64,000 nt of DNA from Octopus vulgaris (GCA_951406725.2 OX597816.1:35278001-35342000); one strand, 5' to 3'; counted from the stretch's first letter, positions 12,514-26,580 are shown. Made by a program: numbers and translations. Notes: generated by a model not told the origin, from the letters alone.

Positions 12514-13425
12514 CTATTTTATTGTATCTAGTTTCAGCTCACTAGTTGTGGCCATGATGGGGCACTGCCATTCGCTGTTGCTACATGATTTTACTTCACG
12601 AATGCTTTTTAGCAATTGCCATTTGGTGCATGAGAGAGTTCGATGCAGCTGCCCTCATCTCCACCTCCTGCCGTGACGTTGGTTCATCTGGGACACCTGA
12701 CAGGAAGACATCTGCATCCACCCCATGCAGGCCTCTCAGGTTCTTCCGGTGTTATTGAAGAGCTGTGGGCGTCTGAAGCTTTGGCTATCACAGTATCTTG
12801 TCCTGCATCTTGATGGCAAAATTGGAGTTCTTGGCACTATGCAGTGGTGCCCAGTTCTAGTATTTGTGTCACTCTCAATGCCATTGTTTGAGACAAGTCC
12901 TTCTAGGATCTTCCAGATATATATTATGGCATACCTTTCTCGCATACGGTCCAGTATATTTATTGGGTATTGCATTTAGTTTTGCATGCTGATAGCATAA
13001 AGCTTGAAACTTTTCAGCATTGAACTGCATGCTGTTCTTTTCAGCCCACTTGTGTATTTTGTCCAGCTCACATTGCAGGTGCATAGTGTCTTCAGGGTTC
13101 TGTGTTGCCTGTGAAACTTTTGTATCGTCTGCATAACTTGTGATCGTGGCTCTCTGCGTGGCTGAGAGGACCATTATGAACAGTAGTGGTCCCAAAACAG
13201 TGCCTTGCGGAACACCGCTCACTATTTGCGTGTTAATAGAAGTGGTACCATTGGCTACTACCACCTGGCTTCTATCCTTCAGAAAGTCATGAAGCCATTC
13301 TCCCAGTTTTCCAACTATGCCAAGATCACGCAGTTTATGGCATATCATTCCATGATCGACTTTATCAAAGGCCTTTGCAAAGTCGAGATATATGACTTCC
13401 ACATTTGAGTGGTTGAGCAGTCGTT
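12511..13425 (-). mobile_element. 5'-truncated, internally deleted CR1/L2-group LINE (RT plus 3' UTR)
   Basis: YLDFAKAFDKVDH, SGVPQGTVLGPLLF, YADDTK, RERYAIIYIWKILEGL; 3' end abuts (TA)n; clade assignment is tentative. Confidence 0.9.
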
Positions 13426-15032
13426 TCTGTATGTATATATATAAGTATATATATATATATATATAAGATGAATTTTATTGAGTGATTTCAGGCGATACAA
13501 ACAGGAAATTTAAAATATATTAGAAATTTTGAATTTTCCTTTTATTTATAGTCGTTGCCTAATCGTTGATTACCATACACACTCGTAGAAATTATTGAGA
13601 AATCATACGGAGGAATGATTAATCTGAAACAGAGTCTAAGCCTCGCAATATTGCGATTATGTGTCTCCACTCAGAATGTTCTGAAGTTCGCCTATACTGC
13701 TGAGATCCAAATGTAACAAATGTCTTGGTAATCAGACCGCAAATTTCCATGCTTTCCTGCTGTATTTTTTTGTGGCTTGTAAATATTTCATATTAAGTAT
13801 TTTGGTTTTTAGTTATTTATTTATTTTTCTGTGTTGTTAATATGGACGTAGCCGCTGGCCATTGTGCTCTTTGTTATGAAAACTTGGAATCAATTAGTAT
13901 CATTGTATTAAATGTATCAAAACAGCAAATGGCATGAAAATAAATAAGACTATCGAATAGTAAAAACAGCGTTGTGTAACGTCGATCTTGACATTCTGTG
14001 TCGGAAAATAGGAGATGGGTGTTACAAACGCTATGATTTTGGAGATGAGCTGAATTTAACAACAACACAATGATAACATCAAGAAGAGCAGCTGCAATAA
14101 TCACAACAAGCACAATGGCGCCGTCAATAGCAGCACAAACACCAGCGAATAAATATTTGATTAAAGTTCTTTCCGTGTAAAAGGGCATCAGGAAATCCTG
14201 GTTATAGTAAAAATAGTTCCTTAACATAAACACATTTCTAAAGATATTTATAACGCCTTTATTGTATATTTAGGTGGTGGTGGTGGTGGTGGTGGTGGGA
14301 ATTACCATATTGCCCTGTAGAAATTTAGCTAAATGAGGTAAATGCTTGACGTTCTTTTTTCAAAGTACTTAATACATTTTAAGAGTATTGACAAAGCAAA
14401 GCAAAGAAAATGTTTACGCAAGAATGCATTGAATATCTCAAAAATAGTTTTGTACCATTGTCAAGTAACCAACGACAGTCAATTATGCTAATGTGTGAAA
14501 ACGGTTTTACAAATGGACCCTCAAGTCGTTCCGGGTGTCTTGAATATTTGAAGAAAACACACTCTAAACCATCATTCAAAATCTTTGTTATCAGTTACAT
14601 TTGCGAAATTTGCAGAAACTGAAGACTACCAGAAATACATTTCCCAGCATTTCACAACAATGTTGCAATGATATGCCTTCGTTGTATGTCTCATTTCTGA
14701 ATGGTGCACGCGGTAATTTGCTTGCAATTGGAGATCTTATTCTTCTAGAACTAAGAGAAGGTTTGCAGAGTTTTATACAAATAATCCGAAGAGATTTTTA
14801 AAGCTAGTCATCTTAGAATGAAAGAAATATCTAAATCATTGACAACGACATCGTAATATGCTTTTGACAACTGAATTTAGCTTACATTTAGATAAGACCA
14901 TTCTCTCAGACAATAACTGTTTATTTATAAAAGATGGATGCGTGGTTCCGGTGTTATAATTTACAAGAAAACCAGATACACAATCAAAAGTAGAGTAAAT
15001 ATATCATGTTTTTGAAATATGTCGTAGCGATA

Positions 15033-15446
15033 GGCGCAGGAGTGGCTGTGTGGTAAGTAGCTTGCTAACCAACCACATGGTTCCGGGTTCAGTCCCACTG
15101 CGTGGCATCTTGGGCAAGTGTCTTCTGCTATAGCCTCGGGCCGACCAAAGCCTTGTGAGTGGATTTGGTGGACGGAAACTGAAAGAAGCCTGTCGTATAT
15201 ATGTATATATATATATGTATGTGTGTGTTTGTGTGTCTGTGTTTGTCCCCCTAGCATTGCTTGACAACTGATGCTGGTGTGTTTACGTCCCTGTCACTTA
15301 GCGGTTCGGCAAAAGAGACCGATAGAATAAGTACTGGGCTTACAAAGAATAAGTCCCGGGATCGATTTGCTCGACTAAAGGCGGTGCTCCAGCATGGCCG
15401 CAGTCAAATGACTGAAACAGCTAAAAGAGTAAAGAGTAAAAGAGAG
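15033..15446 (+). mobile_element. tRNA-derived SINE family 1, full length
   Basis: A box TGGCTGTGTGGT, B box GGTTCAGTCCC, CTTGGGCAAGTG CORE-like segment, internal microsatellite, (AAAGAGT)n tail. Confidence 0.93.
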
Positions 15447-16382
15447 AAATACCTATTTCAACATAGGTTTATCGAAATAGCATTGTCCTTAAATTTCTGA
15501 ATGAAGAGACCCTTATCTCTTACATAAACTTATTCAGAATTAAAATGTCTATATCGAATGAATTTCTCGTGAGTCGGCGTAGAAAGAATGGACTTTTTAA
15601 GATGCTCAGAGAAAACACATAAAGGTTTTTCCAGTAAGTGATGGGTCAGTGCATATAGAGAGCAAGTTAAAAAAAAAACGCCCTCGTAACAACGGTAAAT
15701 GGAGATTAAAGTCAGCAGCATACATCAAATGGAAGCTCATCTAACTTCCAAATCACAAAACCATCTCGCATAATGGTTTATCATATGTCAGTTTGTGAAA
15801 TAGTGGTTACTAAAGCCACGTGTCATTTCAATTACCTGACCTGCACCTAAAAGTCAACTATCAGTAAGATTCCACTCATGTAGGAAGATTATTTCAATTA
15901 GAGCATACCACTACAGCCGATTGCAAAAACACAGCTCGACAGTTCTCAATTACATACGAGTGCTTAAATATATTGGCGATACTTTTAACAGTGTTTTATA
16001 ATTGGATATAGAACCACAGATTATTATCTATCACTCTTTCACAAATACTACATGGCTAAATATTTGCAAAGGTCAGGACTGAAATACGGTTAAAAAATGT
16101 GTATATGTTAGTGATTGTGCACAAAAGCTTTTTCTTCCAAAAGTCCATCAATATATAGTGTACTGCTTCATGGAGTTGCATTTCAATTATGTGAGTATAT
16201 TTACTAACGCAAATGTGCTTATAAAAATTTATATAAAACCACATTGTGAACCCCTTAACTGTAGGGATTATATAAGTGAGATGTACGTGGTTAGTTGAAT
16301 ATGGTAATTAATCGATGGTGACACACCAGCCAGTGTGGAAACTAGGCCTGTCTATCTTTCCGGTGAATAATTCTCTCCAGTT

Positions 16383-16595
16383 AAGGCAGCGAAGCATCAG
16401 AGTCTGTATCTCACTGGACAAAATGGTTAGCAACATTTCATCCGTCTCTACGACCTGAGTTCTTATTCTTCCGTCGGGGAATCTTCCTTACATCCTTTCG
16501 GGGTCGATAAAAGAAGTACTAGTTGAACGCTGATGTCGATGAAGTTCACCTATCGCCATTGCCTGAATTGCTGCGTTCTGCGACAATTTGAAAGC
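16383..16595 (+). mobile_element. tRNA-derived SINE family 2, decayed
   Basis: CATCCTTTCGGGGTCGATAAAAGAAGTAC and CTGAGTTC segments shared with 38819-39050. Confidence 0.7.
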
Positions 16596-16657
16596 AATAC
16601 TTCTCTCCGAATAATAAATTTTACATGTTGGTTGCTTTTCTTGTAAGTTTCATTATG

Positions 16658-16685
16658 TACACACACACACACACAAACACACACA

Positions 16686-16769
<84 letters not shown>

Positions 16770-16878
16770 TACATACATACATACATGCATGCATACATAC
16801 ATACATACATACATACATACATACATACATACATACATACATACATACATACATACATACGTACATACATACATATAA
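16658..16878. repeat. (CA)n(TA)n(TACA)n compound microsatellite
   Basis: Seen directly. Confidence 0.95.
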
Positions 16879-17859
16879 ATATGTAGTCTTTGTCATACGT
16901 TTTTGTTTTGAAGAGCACATTAATTTATTTTGACTAGGACTTCAGCTTTACCTGTCGGCTAATCCAACACATAGGTTCAGTGGTTAAAATAAGTCGTCTT
17001 GCGAAATTTAAGTGTAAACATATTGGTTTTTTTGCATGATATAATTTATTTGTTCATCAATAAAGAACACGTCTGGACCTCAAACCATCTGTTGTTTTAT
17101 ATGTACATATGTGTGTGCATGAGTACCTGTGTGTGTTTGTATTGCCATGTATATTTATATAATATACATACATGTATATGTACGTGTGAGTGTAACATGT
17201 ATGCCTGCATATATGTATTGCTGTATGCAGGTTTCAGTTTATTTTAGAGTGTCGTTCATTTTCTTAAGAACATTTTGCACTTATTCGAAACTATATTACG
17301 TAATATGAAAACATCGTGTCTACGAGCATAACCAAGAAGATTTGTTCAAATTGCTTTTTGGTGAAATAAACTGTTTAAACATTCTTCGAAAAATAGAGCC
17401 CCAACTTACACGTCTCTCAAAATAGCTTCCTACATGGAATATATTTCTTGTATATGATCTATCTATAGGAGAAATCTGTCCATAAATGGCTTTAATCCGC
17501 CCCTTTCTCAGAGTTGATGCACGTTTTTTTTTATGCTTACATTGCTTGTTATCAATGCAAGATAGATATAATGGTCCATTAAATCGTACAATACACTTTT
17601 CTTGAAAGATGTAATGTTTTTTTAATATAATAGAATTGGACGCATCCCATCATAAAATGATCTTTCACTTCATAGAAAGAATTCTGGAGGGGGTTCATCT
17701 AGTGTTCAAATGTAAACACGTTAATCATGCAGAAAACGGAGTCAATACTCCGTACTTATTGTACTGACTCACAATTCCAATATTTTTAATTCTCCTCCAA
17801 ACCGATTAATTGGTGTAGATGAAAAGAAATTAACACTAATGTCTCAGATATCCGACCGA

Positions 17860-18910
17860 AAAATATGTGAATAAATACGGCGAAATTAACATGGTATTTG
17901 ATTATGATGTAACACCAACAAAAGATTTTAGGATAGCAGCTATGTATAAATCTATATCGTAGAAAAGATAAGATCAACCTTCGATTGATCCTTAAAAATG
18001 CTAGGATGTGGATCAGAAATACCATTACCACAAATCAGGAATTCTTATTGACCATATATGCTTTTAAATTTAGTGTTAATATTGAGTTGCACGGTTGAAT
18101 TTCGAAATGGAAAAGGACGGCGATTATTTCCCAAGCTAATAATTATCGTCGATATTATGACTGAGTTATGAGGTAAAAGTGTGAGCAATAACTTCTCTAA
18201 AGATACGAAAATGGCACGAGAAACTTGGAATGCGAATTTGATGTTTCTCTTTAGTTTTCTTTTGTTAACAAGCAAGTTTATTACGGATCGGAGAGCTATG
18301 ATGATCACTGTAATGTCTTTCTTGATATCACTTTCCTTTTGTGGGATACGGCGCCAAGAAAAAAATTATCGTATCCAGAAGGGATTTTGACAGTAGTTCA
18401 ACTGATTCTGTGTTTCAGAGCATTATATACAATTTCATAAATCCCCATAATAGCACTTACCAAGTGGATGCAGTAATGGAATTCGTATGGGGATATATGC
18501 TCTCAGTATGCTAAGTTGACATCTTTACAAAGTGGTTATTCATCCTATTCAACAATACTAAGATCGTCTGACACACCGTGATTCCTTTGGCATGTGATAC
18601 TATTTATTCGTTTATACATTTGATTGATTTTCATCGAAAAGTCAATTTTCAATACACAAAATTGTCTCACCGCGAGTGCTTATCTTCTTCCTATCATAAT
18701 TTTTTCTGATGAATCGGTCGTGTAACACTTTTCGCAAATTCTACAATAGTATTTGTTTTTCTGCCGGTAGCCCATTTCAGTAAAAAAAAATAGTTATACT
18801 ACTTCATATTTATTTTAGATACATCGCTAGGATAAATATATATGGATCTCGGATACAACTTCGACAGTTAATTGCATGCTGGTTTCTTCGAAAATTGGTT
18901 TCTTCTATAT
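17860..18910 (+). mobile_element. Highly decayed DNA-transposon remnant, possibly AcademX (XPG/PIN-H3TH nuclease)
   Basis: KYVNKYGEINMVFDYDVTPTKD resembles VVFDGY...STKD; DIT..FVGYGAKK near 18325-18365 resembles GCDTTS.F.G.GK; many stops. Confidence 0.35.
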
Positions 18911-20046
18911 TGCTGACTTCATTATTATTTCCACTTGCATGTATTACGCATTTCGTATTTCGTGTTCATTTCGAACTTTTATTTTTTTTTTGTGGGGGGG
19001 GGGGTGTTCAAAAACGTTACGACAGCCCATTCATATACCAACATTTGTTGAGTCTTTCTTTATTCATACTTTCATGCATATTTTCATGCATATTTTACAT
19101 TTTCAATAATTTTTTGGCTTCACTAAATATTCTGGCATTCATACACGATACCCATAATCATTTAATTACATTTTTATGCAATTTCTAAGTAATTCTTGGT
19201 AATCTATTTAATGTTTGCATGAAAATTCCTCCTATCGTGTGAATAATATACACCCACCATTTTACCTTTCGACCGATTTCATGTTCTAAGTGTGCCTCTT
19301 CTATGAATAGATTCTATAGTCACAATATTTCCTTCTATTATATTTTCGATGAATTTTCCTGGATTTTTATTACCGATTTCTCTAGTATAGTTGTTTAGGT
19401 ATTAATAAGAAGTATCTGTAATAGACACGATAGATTCAATGAATTTAAAATTCTAATCATCAGAATTGATGTTGCTAATATTCTGTGTATATAGTATACA
19501 AACAGATCATAAATGACAACGATCGTAGATCGCATCTTCAGTAACGTTCCATTTAAGCATACGAAAACATGTGAATAAAGGTTTAAAATAAGATTAAACA
19601 TTTTCACAATATATTCATTGCGGGTCAGAAATAAATCATATACTATCAAATAGCAAATTTTAGAAGCGAATTCCAGCTGGATTTTAATTTCCTCGAAGCT
19701 GTAGAATGCTGGAGGAATATATATATTAAAAGACTTTCACGTTCAAAATTCAGTTATATTAGCAATAAACGTTAAGAATAGTTAGGATGTTGTTTAACAT
19801 ATATCAAGTGCTTTTTTTATATAAAGATGTCGAAACCTACTTATTCTTCTGACATTTTAGATTTTGCTTGATATGTGCAAGAAATAAACTGGTGTTGCAA
19901 TAATTTACTTGTAGTGGAGAAGATTTTAAAAAGGAAATGTGATAGAAATGCTAAAACAGATAGACACCAAGAGATAGGTGAAGAGGATTAGCTTAATGTC
20001 AACAATTTTCTATACATACATACATACACACACGTGTATATATATA

Positions 20047-20069
20047 TCTTTATATATATAAAACTGAGA

Positions 20070-20152
<83 letters not shown>

Positions 20153-20824
20153 TGTGTGTGTCTGTGTGTTTCCCTAAAACTTGAGAACTACACAATCAAT
20201 TTCATTCAAATTTTTACACACGCCTTACTTAGGGTCCGGGGAGTGTCATCGGAAAAAAAATTAACTTTTTGCCTAGGGCGAGCCCACAGCAATATATCTT
20301 CTCCACTATTTCAGTATTACGTGTTAAAAATGAAACAAAAATATTTCTCAATTTTATGCCAGATGCTTTCACTTTAACAATAAAAATAATAATAACAATT
20401 GAATTATATGTAGTAAGTAATAATTAAAATCAAACTAGAGTATAATATAATCGTAACATACAAAAGTAAAAATTGCATCAATGATTTGAACTTGAATAAG
20501 TGGCTTCACATGAATGGGAATAAATTAAAAATAAAATTAGCGTGCAGAAATGGAATAGTCCAGATAGATAATAAAATATTAAATTAAAGAAAAGACAATT
20601 GTCAATAAAGTATACAATGTAGAGAAAAAAGAAGAGCTAACAATTCCAGTCTGTTATATATTTTGAGTATTGTTATCACTAGCGATATCAAGATATAACT
20701 TTGTATTTTGCATTTTATGTGTAGATGTATATATATAGATGTACATGTAATATGTACACATATATATATACATATATACACGCACTAGCACTATGACCCG
20801 GCAACGACGGGTCTTTGATGCTAG
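20047..20824 (+). mobile_element. Non-autonomous Helitron
   Basis: A|TC start, (TG)n near 5' end, 3' hairpin GACCCG-GCAACGA-CGGGTC (20795-20813), CTAG|T end, no TSD. Confidence 0.85.
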
Positions 20825-20840
20825 TATATAAATATATATA

Positions 20841-20960
20841 TTAGCAGTATAGCTCGGAGTTGTCCGGGATTAACTTCAGATTCTTAAGCTAATCAAGCGC
20901 TTTGTAATTTGAATAAAGAAACTAAACTAAATAAAACGGACGTGAATTTTGAGCGAAATC
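20841..20960 (-). mobile_element. Helitron 3'-end fragment
   Basis: Minus strand CCCGGACAACTCCGAG hairpin remnant followed by CTATACTGCTAA. Confidence 0.55.
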
Positions 20961-20994
20961 CCTTGAAATTGGTAACCGTTTGACTGAATATGTG

Positions 20995-21740
20995 TTGCCG
21001 CCAGATATTGCTGATCAACTTTATCAAAGGCTTTTCAGTGATCTAAATTTATCAGAGCCTCATCCATGCCAGGTTCCTTAACTACCCTGTCTACTATCTA
21101 GCGCATGAGGTGGCGGTTATCGGCAGTGGACCCGTTTGGGATGGCGTCCGATTGTGCGTCTCCAACCAGTTTCTCCACGACGAGCGCTACCCACTTCACT
21201 AACACCGTGGCCAAAATTTTCAAGTCTGCACGAAACAGAGTGATAGTCCTAAACTGTTTGAATCAACCTTTCTCGGCAGTAGCACTGCTCCATGGCTCAC
21301 AGATTTTGGAATTCTTTCATGCTATTGCCACTTGCAGTAAATATCCGCATCTCTCGCTGATCCATCCGCATCTTTTACTGAGAGTCGTGGCAGGCTATCA
21401 AGGTAAGCACTGAAATCCATCTGCTATTTAATCCACTGCACACATCTGATCCGGCTTGTCCACCGTGTGCCCATTTTAGTCCACCAAAGACCAAATGGTG
21501 TTTTTGTTGCTATTTTGCACCTCAGCCACCCGGGTCTATGGGACAGCATTGGGTTCCTCTTGTACCAAAGCACGTGCCTATGGTCTGACAATGCAACTTT
21601 CGAGCTTAGCGTTGAAGTGCTCATAGAGGTGTTACTTGGTCGGCATTTAACAAGGTGTTGAGTTGTGCATCTATTCGTGCATAACATCCACGAAATCTTT
21701 TGATCCAGTAGCCTTGAATCCATCTGGTCCCAGAGCCTTC
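20995..21740 (-). mobile_element. Tx1/L1-clade LINE RT fragment, decayed
   Basis: FRTITLFRADLKILATVL...Q.DAIPNG..DNRHLMR...ALINLDH*KAFDKVDQQYL. Confidence 0.75.
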
Positions 21741-23120
21741 TATTTGCCCCTATTTTTTGCTGATTTCCTTCACTTCTCTAAATGAAATAACTAGATCTGC
21801 GTGTGATTTCGACAGATTACTGTTTACTTCAGTTCTTGCAAGCATTCAGCATCCTTCTTGAGCTCCTTGTCTTTGCTCCAGATGTCACTCTAAAACCTTT
21901 GACCTACAACGTTATCTGGCGTCAACTTTTCATTTCTACACTCTCCATTTATTTCGTTGTCGAATCTCTTCTAATGTACTCTGAACAACCTATTCTGCTC
22001 GTATCCTTTCAATCTTTCCTCCTATCTTACCATCTTCGCTTTCTCTGCAACGAGGCACTGTTTCCGTTCCTCTATTACCTTTTCAGGCCCTTTCTTCCAA
22101 TATCATACTTCCTAATCTGTTCAGTGCCCTGTATTTTCGTTCATGTTTTAGTCCCACCTCTTTTCGATCTAACACATAAATGTCTTTCGAGAGCACATAA
22201 AATGACGCCTGAATTCTTCATTTCCACCATGTTTTTTTTTCTTTTGCCACTCCAATTATAGGTCTTTTTTTTTAACATCAAGAACCGCATTTTCTGCTAC
22301 AATAGTTGCTGCTTTGATCAAATTATTTGTTTCTGTGATGTTTCTTGTTCTGATGTCGTTCAGAATTCCATTCACATTTTTCGTTTCTTGGTTCGATTTT
22401 CTCACCCATCAACCTTTTTAAGGCTGCAAATAATGTCGCTATTGTCCTCCTGTAGCCTTTCTTTTATTATGTTGTAGATTGCTTTTTGCAAATCTGTCAT
22501 GTTACCATGAATTTTATTATCTTCTTCGAAACCATTTATATGTTTCTTATCGAGCAAGCTATCACTATTCCTTTCCTGTGGTTTATTAGAGATTTCACCT
22601 CTGTTTTCTACCACGAGATTACTTTTATCAGTAGGAGCTGTATTTTCCTCGTTTCTTTTACTGCTGTTTTCCAATACCCGTGTTTTGATAGCTTCAATCT
22701 CTACTTCATTCAACCAATGATTTTTTCTTATTGTTCTAGTTTGATCACATTATCTTTGTTACGTGAATTGAAACAATCATTTTCTCTCCATTGATCATAC
22801 CTACGTTGTCGGTTTCCCTTAAGATGAACATCATTTTCGTCTATGGGTTTGCTCAGGTAGTAACACTCCATGACCACAGATTTGATATGTTTGTTACATC
22901 TAGGATGGCTGTGTGCTGGTCTCTTGTTGAATAGCGACTGGCTTGAGTCGGACCAGTATCTCTGAACCAGCATCAAGGACTTCGATTTCATGACCGCCGT
23001 TATTCCCTACCTCATGTGAGGTAGCGATTGTCAGGTTTCGCAATTACCAGTGTTTTTTTTTATTGTGACGCCATCACTAGATTTATCTACGATCATAGCA
23101 TGAGGAGATTCGAACCGCTT
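21741..23120 (-). mobile_element. R4/Dong-clade LINE, 5' part, decayed
   Basis: VMECYYLSKP...RQRRYDQWRE, NEVEIEAIK and NITETNNLIKAA motifs; 5' end abuts (ATT)n. Confidence 0.7.
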
Positions 23121-23225
23121 CCTATCATTATTATTATTATCGTCACTGAAATCATTATTTTCAATGGTTTACTATATGTCATTGTTAATACCTCCTCCCT
23201 TGATCCGACATGAGCTTTGGCTAAA

Positions 23226-23257
<32 letters not shown>

Positions 23258-23760
23258 TATTACTATTATTACCATCATCATTATTATCATTTCCATTTAT
23301 TATTAAAAGGTATTATCAAATGTTTAGTTTCATCTGTTGTCTTGTACTTGAAATAATCATAAATATGTGAGGGTTCAAGGAAATAATTGGTGCAAGTCGG
23401 ACAGCTTGGTGAATAGATTAAATTCCATAGGTCTTCAAATAGATTCGGCAGATGTTAAAGAGATCAGCAATGGGAAAGTTCTTATGCGATAAGGAAACAA
23501 AAGCGGCCTCACACCCTTGGGGTCAGCAGAGATCAAATGTGTTTACTACTACTAGTAATCAATGAGAGCTTTGAGCTGGGCCTTGAAAAGAACCAATTTA
23601 CCTTGCTCTATTTTCAATTACTGATAGAAAAAATAACAACAAATATTTTTTTTCTTTTCATAAGTTATACTATGGTTTACAGTTTTTGTAATTGTGCAGT
23701 TTCTATATATTGGTAGGTGCTTACCTCCTTCTTTTATGGCGCATTTAATTGTGTTGTTGC

Positions 23761-24135
23761 AATAAAAGGCATGTTTACATATTCCGGTATTTAGGGAGAA
23801 AAGAAAGATAAAATACTCACACAAAATTGTAGATATTAAAGTTTTAAAATTTTCTAGTGATTTCCATTCCTATGTCTGATCAGAAAAGACTATAGCGTTT
23901 TTGCAATAATAACGATGCTTACATTTTCGGATACCCAGAGAGAAAGGAAAGGAAAGAAAAAGAGAGTAAAGTTTTACAGGAAATTGTAGATATTAATTTT
24001 TTAAAATTTACTAAAGATGATCTTCTGTTTGTAGTATTCTTAGAATAAAAAGGATGCTTACATTTTTGAATACTATGGGAGAAAGGAAAGGGTACGTATT
24101 CACAGAAGTTGTAGATATCAAAGTTTCTAAAGTTG
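23761..24135. repeat. Three diverged tandem copies of a ~140-bp unit
   Basis: AATAA..ATGyTTACAT...GAGAAArGAAAG...TTGTAGATATyAA at about 23761, 23906 and 24044. Confidence 0.75.
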
Positions 24136-24167
24136 ATCATTTGTGAGCTCGAAAAGTGTATATGTGT

Positions 24168-24202
24168 TATTATTATTATTATTATTATTATTAACATCAT
24201 CA

Positions 24203-24288
<86 letters not shown>

Positions 24289-24298
24289 TGTAGTGGTT

Positions 24299-24348
<50 letters not shown>

Positions 24349-24358
24349 TGTAGTGGTT

Positions 24359-24420
<62 letters not shown>
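24168..24420. repeat. (ATT)n joined to (AGT)n with a duplicated GGTTGTAGTGGTTGT interruption (60-bp period)
   Basis: Seen directly. Confidence 0.95.
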
Positions 24421-24421
<1 letters not shown>

Positions 24422-26234
24422 TATTGGTGTTTGTTATCAGAAATTACCAATATATAGTAGACGAGAGAAGGATAGACCATATTACTGGCCGCACTACTCT
24501 ATTTTCATTTGCTTTATTGGGCCTTGAAGCCTAGAGTTGACTTTGTTACGATCAATTTATGAATTCGAGAATGTTCTGAATTCTAAATATTCAAGATCGG
24601 GATAAGTTATAACGTTTCCGAACGAAACTCTATTAAATTGCATAAATTGATAAAGTTGCATATTAGTTGTAACAATGTACAGGTGAATAAAAAATTCTAA
24701 CATTCCATATGAGATAAATGTGAATTTTAATCTCGAACATAATGGAATGCTTTTTCTTTATATGTATTTTCATTGTTGAATTCTTTACTCCAAGTGAATT
24801 ACCTTTCTGATCTTTGAATGTAATGTATAAAGCTTATAAGGCTGCATTTTATTGTAAGTCAAGTATTTGTTTTCATCTGGTATATCTGCTGTTTCAACAT
24901 GAAATGCATATTACGTAGACGACATAAAAATATCAATGATATTAATAAAACCCAAAGTTTAGAAACCCGAATATTTTGCGTGCATGAGAGTCTTATCATG
25001 ATAATTAATAATTTTGCTTATGTTCTGGTGCAGATTCTAACAATTAAATTTGTTAGAAAAATATTTGACACAAAACATTGGATTACGAGTCAAAAGGGTA
25101 CACTTTCTAGTAACATACTCAACTGCCTTTATATATCTTATGCTTTATCTCATTTATAAGCGAGAAGAGTGTGTGTGGGAGTGTGTATATGTGTATGTGT
25201 GTGTGATAAAGAGAGAGAAGGCGTATATGCACGCGACTTTATATACATCATTACGTATTTTTATGCGTTGTAATATAACGCACTTTTACTTTTCACCACA
25301 AGAGCCCACGAGCGTTGTTTTCTGACTTCCTTATGCACTCACATCTATATCATACGCTCTGAAAAATGTGACACTTGCAATAATATTCTGAATTCTTTTC
25401 ACTATATTTCTAAATATGCTCTTTAAGAGTTTACTTTTCTCATACTAGAATCAATTAAGCTCTATATCATAGGCCATTCATGTTTTATATTAATTATATA
25501 TTAGCATTAAAAAGTCATGTACTCTCGATTCAGCAATGAAAATTTTATATACCTAAGCATTACTATTAATGTCTAAACATGGGGAATAGTATGGGTAAAA
25601 CGTTATAAGAACGACTTCTGAGATAATTTGTCGTGTATTTCAATATACATTGATTTGTTTAAATAAATGCGAAAATATGAAAATAACTAGAAGGTAAATT
25701 GTCGAGTTTAATTATCAATAACACATTTCCACGTTTGGAAATATTTATACATTTATAGATCTAAAAAGTTATTTCAACAAGATATAATTGAATAATTGGA
25801 TTTTCTTTTCGAATACGTGCTGAAGGTTTATTTACTCGGTGAACTTGAATTAAAATATAAAATTAAACATGAAATATATTCTAAATTAACAAATATAAGG
25901 ATATGATATTCACGAAATCCTTATTCACAAATATTTTGATTTGTGTCAAGCAAAACATAATTCAGCTATAAAATATATTACTTCCTTGCTAATATTCAAT
26001 TACTGTTGAAAACTTGTTAAGTGATTTTGATTAGGAATTTAATAGAAATTTAAGAATACTGTTGTAATATATTTACACTTTAATATTCGTAATCCCAAAA
26101 CCTCAAGAGTTTTTCTTTTTATAATTCTCATATCTTCATAGACAATAACATCAGTAATGCACTCACATTAGTTTAACACATTAGCTCTGCAGAATATTAA
26201 CTGCTAATGAAGGTACATATATATATATATATAT

Positions 26235-26580
26235 ATCCTTTTTGCCCCGTGTGGAGCATAGGGCCTCAACTGGGTTTTTCTACTTGTTGCTGTCATTAGC
26301 GTGTTTCTTTGCTGCTTGCCATGTCAGGCCGATGGCGCTGATCTCGTCCAAAATGCTCCGTTTCCATGTCTACTTCGGGCGTCCTCGCTTCTTTTTCCCC
26401 TGCGGGTTCCAATCAAGTGCTTTCGTGTCACATTTGAGGGCTCCTTCCTTAGTGTGTGTCCGATCCATCTCCATTTCCTTCGTCTAATCTGAACATGTAT
26501 GGGCTCCTGGCTAGCCCTTTCTCACAGGTCGGTGTTTGGCACCCAATCGAACCACTTCAGATGGAGGATCTGCCAGAGAA
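26235..26580 (-). mobile_element. RTE-clade LINE 3' end
   Basis: QIRRRKWRWIGHTLRK, LDWNPQGKKKRGRPK, EALCSTRG; ends at (TA)n. Confidence 0.85.

Noticed and set aside
13874-14233. Hydrophobic 119-aa ORF
   Set aside because: Driven by low-complexity CAA/GCA-rich sequence; no domain motif
14961-15500. Recurrent MLGGQTQTH/RQASFSFR ORFs (also 10404 and 48448)
   Set aside because: Translations of SINE family 1; its tRNA-like head is not a tRNA gene
24127-24534. Poly-Thr/Asn, Ser/Ile and Val/Leu ORFs
   Set aside because: Read-through of (ATT)n(AGT)n arrays
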